A stretch of DNA of 64,000 nucleotides from Camelus ferus (taxonomy: Eukaryota): NCBI RefSeq assembly GCF_009834535.1, contig NC_045696.1, positions 58,034,001 through 58,098,000 on the forward strand. The letters run 5' to 3'. The position numbers and the translations under genes were made by a program. How positions within the stretch are numbered: position 1 is the first letter of the stretch; each line of letters opens with the position of its first letter. The notes below the pieces were generated by a model. That model saw only the letters and a list, made by a program, of their open reading frames with translations, had not been told where the DNA came from and searched no databases. Positions 1 to 11,000 of this stretch are shown one piece after another.

Positions 1-139
1 TAGTGCCTCCAGTATCCCTTCCCACCATCTCTCACAATCTGTGTCCTCAACCTTCCTTACACTTCTTTCTACAAATATTTAAACATATCTAAGACTCTTC
101 AATCTTAAATATATTTAAAAAGCCAGAAAAACAAAAATA

Positions 140-1026
140 ACAACTCCCTGATTCTATAACCCCGCAAGATGCTACCTAACTTCTTCCTCTTGTTCACAGT
201 CACACTTCCGGAAAAAGCTGACAATGCTTGCTGCCTCTACTTCCTTCCCTTCCTTTTGGCCCTCAGTCTACTGCCGTCTCCCTCTACTCCCCCCTCACCA
301 GGAGACAGTGCTTGCCAGGTTCTCAGGGTCCAACAGACATTCTCTTATCTGATGTGTTGGTAGTATTTGCATGATGATCCCTCCTTCTCATTTGAAACAC
401 TCCCTTACTATGGTCAAGGAGACACACATTCCTAGCCTCTCTCCCACCTCCGTGCTCCCACTGGGTAGATGCCACTATTAACTATTCAGTTGCTCAGGCC
501 AGCGTGGATGACCATGGAGTCGCACTTGAGTGTCTTCTCTCCCTGCCCATATCCTTCAGCAAGAGCAATATAGTTTGGAATCCCACCCCTTCTCAGTCCT
601 GCTTAGCCAGCACCCTGGTCTCAGCCACCCTCACCTCTCACCTGGGACACTACAGTAGCCACTTGGCTGACCTCCTGCCTCTACCCTGGCTACCACTCAG
701 CAGCTCAGATGACCTTCCACAAGTAAATCCCAAGGAACTCCCCTCTTCCCAACCCTCCAAGTTTATCCCCAATCCCCTTAGGCTTCCAGTTACACGTTGC
801 TTCCCCATAAACCCTCCCGGAGCCCCCACACCTGGGCTTGGAGCCCTTCCTCATTTGTTCCAGGAACATTGGTTATTCCTTCCAAAAGCACTTATTTCAC
901 TGTGTCCAAACTCCTCTGTCCCCACAGCTTCATGAGCTCAGTGAGGGCAGGGACTCTGTCTGTCTGCTGCGTCCATTCTGAGTGCATGGCACCTAGCAAA
1001 TATTCCATAAAAAATAGCTGTGAATG
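140..1026 (+). mobile_element. Degraded L2 LINE fragments
   Basis: C/T-rich L2-like body ending in gagggcagggactctgtc...gcatggcacctagcaaat, which resembles the L2 3' end; boundaries approximate. Confidence 0.55.
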
Positions 1027-1449
1027 TACTGATCTCCTCACATTTCTAGACATAATCTTAACAGATCAGGGAACAAATGCAAAAGAAGGAAAGCAGGGTA
1101 AAATTCTGATAATGAATTGATTGTGGAAAGAAGCGCTCAAATGGGCCCCAAACGTTCTAAAAACTCTGTAAAATACCAGTCTGCGGCAAAAGTGAAGCCA
1201 TCTTTGTGCCTGAACAAGGTCTAGTGACCCAGAGCTGCTGATTTCAGCTGTGGCTTGGGTGAGTGGAAGATAGTGCCCTGAGTTTACGGTCCCGCGTACC
1301 CAAACGGAGGGGAGCCACAAAGGCGATGGCCAGTCTTTGCTGTGGTCCAGAGATGAAGGTCAAAAATTGGGAGCTTTCTAGTCTAATCTTGGAGCAACTG
1401 TTTACAGCCAAAGGGAATTTGTAAACTTACAATTTAAAGAGAAGATAAA

Positions 1450-1515
1450 TTTTTCCGGGGAAGCCATAGGCAAGAAACGTTGGGCGGGAGTTTTCCAAGA
1501 AACGAAAGCGAAAGA
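1450..1515 (+). promoter_or_regulatory. PARP14 proximal promoter: STAT6-type, GC-box, kB-like, GAS and ISRE/IRF sites
   Basis: TTCCGGGGAA 1453-1462, GGGCGG 1482-1487, GGGAGTTTTCC 1486-1496, TTCCAAGAA 1493-1501, GAAACGAAAGCGAAAG 1499-1514; 63 nt upstream of the ATG. PARP14 is a known interferon-stimulated gene. Confidence 0.8.
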
Positions 1516-2070
1516 GACTTAACCTCTGGGAGTTTGGGGTGGGACCAGCAGTCTCAGCTGGACTAGCTGAGGTGAGGATGGCTGCGTCCTGCTCCTTCCC
1601 GCTGCTGGTTGAAGGGTCCTGGGGCCCCAACCCCCCGAAGAACTTGAGCACCAAGTTGCAGATGTACTTCCAGAGCCCAAGGAGATCCGGAGGCGGGGAG
1701 TGTGAGGTCCGCCAGGAGCCGGGGAGCCCGACCCGCTTCCTCGTGCTCTTCGACTCCAACGACGGTGAGGGGGACTAGGGGTGCGGGTGAGAGGGGACAG
1801 CGGGGCTCTCCTTCCAGGGGAAACTTGGGGCTGGGGACACGCGGCGGGAGAACCGGGCCGGACCCAGAAGCAGCTGAAGGGGAGGGCATGAGGGGCGCGG
1901 AATGGACAAGGTGCCTTGAGGGCGCTGCGGTTCCCCCTGAGCTGCGCTTCCAGGCGCTCCCGGAGGCAGACCGCGCCCGTGGGTTAAATAAACTTTTAGC
2001 ACCGTAGGACAGAAGGGAGCCGCCTGAGAGCTGGTGCGCCCACCTCATTTTACAAGGCTACATCGGAGTT
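1470..2070. promoter_or_regulatory. CpG-rich island over PARP14 exon 1 and the start of intron 1
   Basis: Visibly high GC and CpG density relative to the CpG-poor rest of the window; boundaries judged by eye. Confidence 0.7.
1578..1764 (+). CDS. PARP14: PARP14 coding exon 1 (start of RRM1)
   Basis: AGGATGG start; encodes [44 protein letters not shown]; donor G|GTGAGG at 1765; 187 nt. Confidence 0.96.
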
Positions 2071-5000
2071 GCAATGCCGTTTCAATTTTTGTCTTCTTCC
2101 TATTAAAGCAGCAGTTCTGGAACTCCAAAGGTTTATGGGAGCACACTTTGAAGGGAAGAGAGATTTTCCCGGGGAAAGCCATAAGCGAGATATTGAGGAG
2201 AACTCTTCAGACAGGAGCTCACTGTACAAACGAGTGCTGGGGGGCAAGACAGCAAACGCGCTTCCAGGGACGTTTGGGGCACCCTGGGGCAGGTTTGGTT
2301 TGAGGAGTGATCTCTCTCCTTATCCCTGTACACAAGCAAGGTCTGAGGGCTGGGACTAAAAAGAACACGTAGGGTCAGGGAAATTGTATCAGATGACAAA
2401 GAAAGTGCTTATATTTTTTTAAAAATCTTTTATTAAATCTCTTAAAAAAAAAAGTGGGGAGGACATTAAGGCTAATAGAAAGTTGGGTTGAGATGAGAGA
2501 GGGCCTTGTATGACATGCTAAGAAGTATGAACTTTTCCTCACAGGTAGGCAGGAGTCATTTACAAATGCGCTTTAAGGAGATACATTTGGTTGAAAATAA
2601 GTATGTTGATTTTTGTTGGGAGAGACTGCCCATCTCAGACCTTTGAAGAGGGTCGTACAATATTCAAGTCAGGAGAAGTGAGGCCTTGAACAAGCAGAGT
2701 CTGTGAGGATGGAAGATACATGTTCATGCTCTGTTCTGGATTTGGTAACTGATTCCATGGGAATGGTGGCCGCTCCATTTGAGGGAGAAGGAGAGGGAGA
2801 GCCCCTGTGCTTTCTCTTATCATTTAGATGGGGAAAGAGGGGTAAAGCAATATGATGAGTCACAGGGATTTCTCCACAGTGTTCATGGAGATTCCCAGTG
2901 GTTCTGGGGTCGGAGAAGGGCAGATGTGCTGTCTAGAATCTCATTGTCTGGGTGTAAATATAGAGGCTTACTGGTGGGGAAAGGCAGATACTGTTGACCA
3001 ACACAAAGTATCTTTGTCCGCTGGAACCTCTTCAGTTGGTTTCAGGGTGATCTTTAGGCTGGGAGGAGGTGACATTCTGAGTTAATCAAGACCTTTGAAC
3101 TTGGGTAGAAGTTCCCTCCCCACAGGCACCTGAGCAGCTGAGTTCGCCCCTCCTGCTGTTGCCATTAAGGAAGTGGGAGGACAAGGACCCACCAGTTAGC
3201 TACTTGCTCTAGACACCTACCAGGTCTGCACGGGGAGGCATGTGACCTGCTGCTCCCTGAGTACGCACTTTTTCCATTGGAATCTCAAAAGCTAGGATGT
3301 CTCCACTTTCCTGTTGCTGAATTTGGAGAAGCATTTGGGCCAGAGGAGAGCCAAGGAGTCTTACAAGGCCATGAGAGCAACTCGAATGCTCTGGGGCAGG
3401 GATGCCAAAAGGGAAGAATGAAACCCAAAGAAGAGAGGGGTGCACAGATACGTGTGAAGGGAGCGAGGTGGGCAGGGGACAGGAGACGGGCTGGACTCAG
3501 ATCCCTTATGAAAACAAAGTACAAAATGTTTTCCAAGGATTAATTTCACCAGGGAATGTTCAGAAGGGAATCTTGGCAATGGAAGTGCCCCCCGGCCCCT
3601 GCCGTTTCACTCTTCCTCAAAGGGTTTTACCACTTTGATTCCAATTGTCAGCATCACCATGGGCCTGGCCCTTAGGGACACTTCTTTCTTCTTTAGAATC
3701 CCATTAACCTCAAAAATAGTCCTCAGACTGGACTTGCATCTGAATCACAACCAGTAAACAAGCACATTCCCAGGTCTGTCCTAGAGACTCAGGTGTCCTG
3801 AGTGTGGGTGAGTGGGAACCTTCTCGGTTAACCAGCACCCCAGGTGACCCTGATGTGCTGAGTTTGAGAATCCCTATTGTTTGTTGATGACCCTGAGTGA
3901 ACAAAGAGGGAAATACTTATATAGACTGCAAACCTCATAAAAATACAAATAGCAGAAATATAATTGTATGATGATAACATCATTCTGTTCTAGTCAAAGC
4001 AGAAAAGATTTCAGTCTAGGTGCCAGGTTTCTTCCTTCACATCTCTCAGTCCACTTCCTCCCTTCCTCCACCCCTAGGCTGTTGACACCCCTCTTGCGGT
4101 ACCCCCAGCATAGACACTCAAAGCTTATTTCAACTCAAATTCTTGTATGAAAAAAAGGTCTTAGGGGGTGGAAAGTCCCTACTCAGTTTCAGTTTCCTAC
4201 CAGAGAAACAGCTTTCTCAGCAGCAAGTGGTCAGGAGCTTGCTAACAACAAATGACCTGCCCCAGTGCCGCCCTGAGCATGAGTTCTCCCCAGGGACACC
4301 CTCAGCCCTCCACAGCAGGAAATGGCCCCACAAGTGCAGTCTCATAGTGTAACACAACTTGATACTTATCATTCACAGACTAAGAATGAGCTTCAAAGCA
4401 CTTCTCTGTAGAATTTAGCATATAGCAAACAAAGTATTTGGAAGCTGTATACCTTTATATAGTTTGCTGAACTTCTGAAAAATCAAGTATAAACTGACAT
4501 GTAAGGTTTTAAACCCTGTTTCAGATGTGTATATTTATCCTCTTTTCTTGTCATAATTTGGCTCCTGATTATTGTCAGTTTCTTGGGGGTAAGGGAACCC
4601 ATCTTCTCCTTAAATAAAATGAAATGTGGACGGTCTGAGATTGGTGCAGAAGGAAGCCTGTCCACGTGGGTAAGGGTGGTCAGAGGTCAGCGGTTCAGCG
4701 CTTTTTCCTCTCAGATTCACCTTCACCTTGTTGCAGATCACTTACTGTCTGCTCTTTTGAAATGGTCTGCCCGTACGTATCACACGCATTCTCAGAACAG
4801 GCTGGTACATTTAGATGCCTGGACAGGACTCTGCCAAAGAAGAACAAAAGGAATGCAGCACAGAGGTCCATGACTCTAGAGAGCTTGGCTTACCAAACTT
4901 AGCTTGCTTTCTGGGCTCAGGGGTCTTGTCCAGTCCTCAGTCCTCACTCTAGCTTAGGGCAGCCCATCTGGAGTCCATACAAAAACATCTGCCCTGCTCA

Positions 5001-8000
5001 TAAAGAGTGAAATTAGAGTTTGGCAATCCTTCTCATATTGTTTCTCAGGCCCATTTCTGAGATGGCATCCAGTTAAGGCATCATCTTCATGGATGGTTGA
5101 GGTGGGAAAGCTATTCAAGCTCCTCTTGATGAAAGATTCTACCTTTACCATTGGCCTGATCAGGCAACCATGTCAGAGCACAACATGGTACCCCAACATC
5201 CACGGCAGAGCCGCACCTGTGAACACAGGGCACTCTCAAAAGTTCTCCTTCACCCTGACCTCTTTGTACCACGTGACTATGTTGACCATGCCTCCTCCTC
5301 TAAATTTACTCACTCCCTGTTCTCCATGGCCTCATGGAGATACACCGATTTTCCTTTTCTCTCTCTGGCTGCTTCTCCTTATGATTATAACTTAAGTTTA
5401 CATAGCTCTTGTGGGTGTTACAAAATTCATTCACAGATACTGCTTCACATGAGGAAACTGAGACACAAGAGAAATTAAGTTATTTTCTCCGTGACTCAGC
5501 GAATTCGTAGCAGAGTTGGAATTTGAATCCACGTCTTTGGATTCATGTCCCCTGTTCTTTTTTTTTTTTCGCTACAGCCCAGCAGCCTGATGTGCTAATT
5601 TTGTGTGTAAAAATATATCCCATCCCTCCTTTCCTACTCCTTTTATTATCAGATGTGACGCTTGTATCATCAGAGATTAAAGAATTGATTGAAATACCTT
5701 TTAAATGAAGCTCCTCGCCATTCTGCTTATGGTCACCCAGTCACCTTCTTAAAACATGGCTTCCATCATGTCACATCCTAGCATCACTGACTTTCCATGA
5801 AGGATGCTTTATTGATTTCCCTTCACTGTGGAATAAATATTGCTATGTTTCTGAATGCCTACGGAGCATCAAGTACTGTACTAAGTTCTTTATAATGTTT
5901 CTTCAATTTATTTATTTATTTTATTATTTTTTAAACTTTTTTATTGAGTTATAGTCATTTTACAATGTTGTGTCAAATTCCAGTGTAGAGCACAATTTTT
6001 CAGTTATACATAAACATACATACATTCCTTGTCACATTCTCTTTCGCTGTGAGCCACCACAAGATCCTGTATATATTTCCCTGTGCTACACAGTACACTC
6101 TTGTTTATCTATTCTACATTTTGAAATCCCAGTCTGTCCCTTCCCACCCCCCATGTTTCTTCAATTTAATCCACGTAACACCCATTCAAGACAAGTCTTC
6201 ATGAATTCCTTATTAATAAACAAGAAGACTGAGACTTTGTAAGTAAGGCATATTAAGGAATATGCTCAGGGTTAAAAAATATAAGTTTAAAGATAGAATT
6301 CTAATCCATATCTGCTTGCTATTCTTTCCCTCTTTTCACCACACACAGCCTCTCTTGAGAAACTGACCAAGCTGTTGATTGACGATGATGAAGCCCATGG
6401 AAATTATAGAATTATTTTGTGAATAAAAGATTGCTTGACAGTGGCTTTTTTAAAATTTCAGTTCGGCAGCAAGTTCTGGAGAGAGAGAATCATGAGTTAG
6501 TATGGCCAGGAAAAGGAACATTCAAGTTAACTGTCTGGTTGCCCACAGCCCCAGATGATGGCTGTGAGGGGAAAAGTCCAACAAAGGTAAGTAAAGGAGT
6601 GATTAAAAGGGAAGTGGGGTGCTCTCCCAAGGTGTGTTGGGTGGGAATCACGGTGGGGAAGATACAGTGGAACGAGAACTATAACTCAAACTGGAGTGAG
6701 AAAAGCAACTAATTACAGATGTGGAGGGAGTGAGAGTGGGGTAGGGTGGGTTCGGAATAATGGAAAAGGAAGCACTTCTTGTTTGATTTAGACCCTTTTG
6801 GAAAATTCAGGATTTGGGGGTTACCATCATGGTGGTTTGAGATGTAAAATCTTGGGTCGATTTGTCCTGGGTGCTTAATAACCTGGAACTCGCTGTATTT
6901 GTTTTATTTTCAGTCGGTTTTGAGGGGACAGCGATTGATCTATATTGCATGTACTAAGTTTTTCCTCAATTGTAAAATCGGAGAGTCATGGTATTTACCT
7001 CTGTGGATTGTTGGATCATTGTGAGGATTAAATGAGATGTCCTCCATAAGGCATGTGGCACAGTGCTTGTTAATAGTAAATAATAATTGTTACACAGGGA
7101 AAAGAACAGGAGCTGGGCTGTTTCTCTGATTTAGGTCTTACCCCAAACACCTGGTGTTCCTTTGGGGTTTCTCTTATTTGTGGCTTGTTTTTACCCGTGA
7201 TTTGTGTGCGGAGTAAATGGACGCCACCGCATGTGACATGCATTCAACAGCATCACTACCTGAGCTGTTATCATTTCTGTAGACTTTCCATCTCCAGGCT
7301 GGTCCCAGGGAGACTTTCTTAATGTAAAGAAATTATTAGTAATTTATTAATGTTCCTTTATTGTTTGGGTTTCAGGAATCCAAGACCAAAGAACATGTCA
7401 AAGAATCAGGTAACTTCTCATTCACTAGGCAATTTTGCTTTTCTTAAAGGCTTTGCGTTGCAGAGGTCACCCCTCTCTTCTTGACTTCACAAGACAGGAT
7501 TGCTCAGCTGAGAGATGCTTTGGGCTGCATCACCTACATCCTCTCAGCCAGCTGTGCAAAGGTTGCCCCTTGAGCTCTAAGGGCTCAGATCAGAAGGACG
7601 GGAACAGCTCTCTCTGTGGGGAGACACCTTGCAATCGAGGGGAGGGTAAAGAGGTACCTGGGAGGTGGATGAACTGACTTTAAGAGTCCACCTGTGCCCC
7701 GCCAGCCATTGAGAAGCAAAGAAGTGACGTGACAGTGGGTGCTGTGTGCGGCTAAGTCAGTTAGCGCTGCTTTGTGAACGCTGGGTGCAGGAAGTGGGTG
7801 CAGCCCTCCAGACCAGCAGCAGCTCTTCCTTGTCCCATCTGCTGTAGCTGTTGTGGACGCTGCCGCTTGACTAGTATCTGGGTGCTGGCCTGTTGTGATA
7901 CCTGGTACTTACCAAAGAAGCCACTAGTTTTCCTGGCTAAGCATGCTGTTATAAAGGTGAGGAAATGATGAACTGTGCTGAATGGCCAAGCAAGAGAGAG

Positions 8001-11000
8001 AAAGTGATACATATATCCAAATCTTAGGGGAAAGAAATTAAAAAAAAAAAAGTCTAAATATTGTCCTCTAAAATTGAAATTGTCTAAAGAACGTGTTTAG
8101 ATTTTTGCAGCTTTCTCTTTTTGAGAATGGCTCTGGGATGAGAGCTGCCTTTACTTGTCAAAATGACTGAGGTTGTTTTTACCTAACATGGATGCACTTT
8201 AAACTGTAGAATCCATGCATGGTTCTCTTAAGAAACTCATGATTTCTTGTGAGATAAGATTTTTTTGTATCTTTTGAGGAAGTTCTGCTTTCTGTTCTTC
8301 AGATGTGGAACTGGCTCAGCCAACTCCCAGTGTTCACTGTGACCCCCTAAGCCCTTATCTATTTCTTGGAAGACGCCCTAGTGCTGTACCCTTAGGCTCA
8401 ATTTGGGGCCAGGAAGTGGTTTTATATTTGTAGTATGTTTATAGTCTGTGCCATTTCTCACATCTGGAATTTAATCGTTTGTGTTTCTTACAGTTTTGTA
8501 GATTTCATTCTGTCTTAAGTGATTTGTTAGCACTGTTTCAGATTTGCTTAGAATTCCCAAGTGTATTCTCAGGAAGAGCCATCTAACCCCACCCCACCAA
8601 TGGACTTCTCATTGTCCTGGACATTTTAGACCCATTTACTTACCTGTTTTATCCTGAGCCCAACTCTAATGGTGATAAACAGCTAGGAAGTTGGGTAGTT
8701 TTCAACAAGATACTTAAGCTGCTCTCTTTAAGAGATGGAAGAGGAGGTCCTTTGTTGAATGGTTGCTTCACACTGAATCATGACAGTGGTCCTAAGACTA
8801 GGACTCGTGAAATGAATTGGAATGCAGATAGTTTTCAGAACTGAGCACAGTGAGGGCTGGAGGGTAGTTCCCTAACAGGTTCCTTATCTCAAGGATGAAG
8901 GGAGCAGAGGATGCTGCATCATGGATGCACGAGGCATGCCTGAAACCCAGAGCTTCAAGTGAAGATTGACAAGTAGTGGACAGAGCAGAGGAAGGTCAAT
9001 CAAGGCACACAGCAACCTCAGGGCACGTGAGCACTTAGCCAATGTCCTGTTCTAAGCTAAGCTGAGTTAGGCTGTGCTTGAAAGGTAGAAACAAGCAATT
9101 GAAAGAACCTGGAGAAAAGAGAAGGGCAAGAGTGGAGAAGTACTGGTCACTGGTGGCCAACACATTCTGGCATTTCCAAGTCTGTATTTCCAGCCTGCTC
9201 TGTCTTCTAAATTCCATGCCTTGTGTCTGACCTTCTTACTGGAAAATGTGTTAGAGCCAACATGTCTGAAGCCACCTGTGTCATCCTCCTCAGCAAACCA
9301 GTGTCCTCTTCTGGCTTCCTTATTTCTCTGGAAGTACACAACTCGTCTGCCCATCATCTACTAGAGATTTCAGTCATCTCTCTTCTTTAAACCTTCACAT
9401 ATGTTCGTCAAAGAGACTTCACAAAAATCTTTCAAAATTTTCCTGATCTATCCCTCCCTCACACCAGTCCCCTTATTACATCTCAGATCCAGCATGGCAG
9501 GTACACTCTGCTTGGTCTCTGTGTATCTCCTCCTTAAATCTGACCAGTCCTTTGCACAATCGCTCAACATCCTGTCATTCTTTTCACAGAAACCTTCCAT
9601 GACTCGCCCACCTTAACACCAACTACAAGATAAAGTCCAGACCACATTCTGGATGAAGTTGACTTTTCTGCCTCATTTCTTACACCCCTGCACATAAGTG
9701 CTCCTTGAACTTCATCTGTCAAGTTGCCATTTCCTAAATAGTTTTGGTGAAGCCCCGGCACTCTGTCTCTACGTCTGTTGCTCATAACACCCTCTACCCT
9801 ACTTTTCTCTACCTAAATTCTAGATAGCCTTCAAGATCTACTCAGGTTCCTCCTCTTGTCTGAAGCCTTCCAAGCCAACCCAACCCCTTTTCTCCCTTCT
9901 TTGGATTCCTGGCTTGATTGTTGATACTCTTTATTTGGCAGTTAACCAAGCCTCTCTTGTGATGAAGCTTCTAATAGTCGTGGGGTTATAAAACTATATT
10001 GCTGGTTTAAAAAAAAAAACAACTGTATTGCTGGTAAGGCTCTTTCCATTCACTTAGTCCAGTACTCTCATTCTATACTTAAGAGACGTGCTGAGGTCAC
10101 ATGGCTAAAGAGTGGCTGGGTCGGGGGTTCAACTCATGTAGCTCCCCTCCAAGCTCGGTGGGCATTCTGTTTTGTCATACCCATCTCAATGAATGCTACT
10201 TTGTGTTCTTATCGAAACCTTAGGCTGTTTTTACTTGGCAGGAGTGTGTGTGGTGTCACATCAATCACTTAAAAGGAGTATTTGTCAGTGTGATCTCACT
10301 GCTGTAACAACCCCCCAAATCACAGTTCAGTACAGTCGGCAGCCAGGGTGGTGGGGGGACTGCTTCACACAGTTGTTCAGGATCCAGGCTCTTTCCATCT
10401 TTGTGACACCTTTGTCTTTGATATGTTGCCTCCAAGGTCACTGCAAGAGAGAATGGAGAGTCACATAAAGGGGATTTGATTGGCCAGGCCTGGAAGTGGA
10501 ATTCACTACTTCCACCCATATTCCATTAGCCACAGGAACTCTACTGTAGGAACTGAACAGTAGGAAGTCTGGGAAATGTTGTCTAGGAGGAAAGCAAAAT
10601 GGATTTGATGAGCACATAACAGTTATTCCGCCATAATAAACATTTACAGATGTCAGTTCCCTTTCTCATTTTCCTTGTATAGCTCCACCAGAAAATCTGT
10701 AAGTTCCTTATCTAATGTTTTTTGTGTGCACCCCTCCCCACACATCCAGTGCCTTGAACACAATAACGGCTCCAATTGAATAGTTGTTCACAGGATGTCT
10801 AAAGATCACAACATATCCATCATGCTTCACTGGACAAGCACAGAGTGACACTGACCGTCTGTATACAGTTGACTCTTGAACAGCACGGGTATGAACTGCA
10901 CAGGTCCACTTATACATGGATTTTTTTTCAATAAATATATTTGAAAATTTTTTGAAAATTTGTGACCATTGGAAAAAACTCATGGATGAACTGCACAGCC

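Noticed and set aside
1427..2048. Overlapping 100-160 aa ORFs around exon 1
   Set aside because: Expected in GC-rich, stop-poor CpG island sequence; low-complexity translations.
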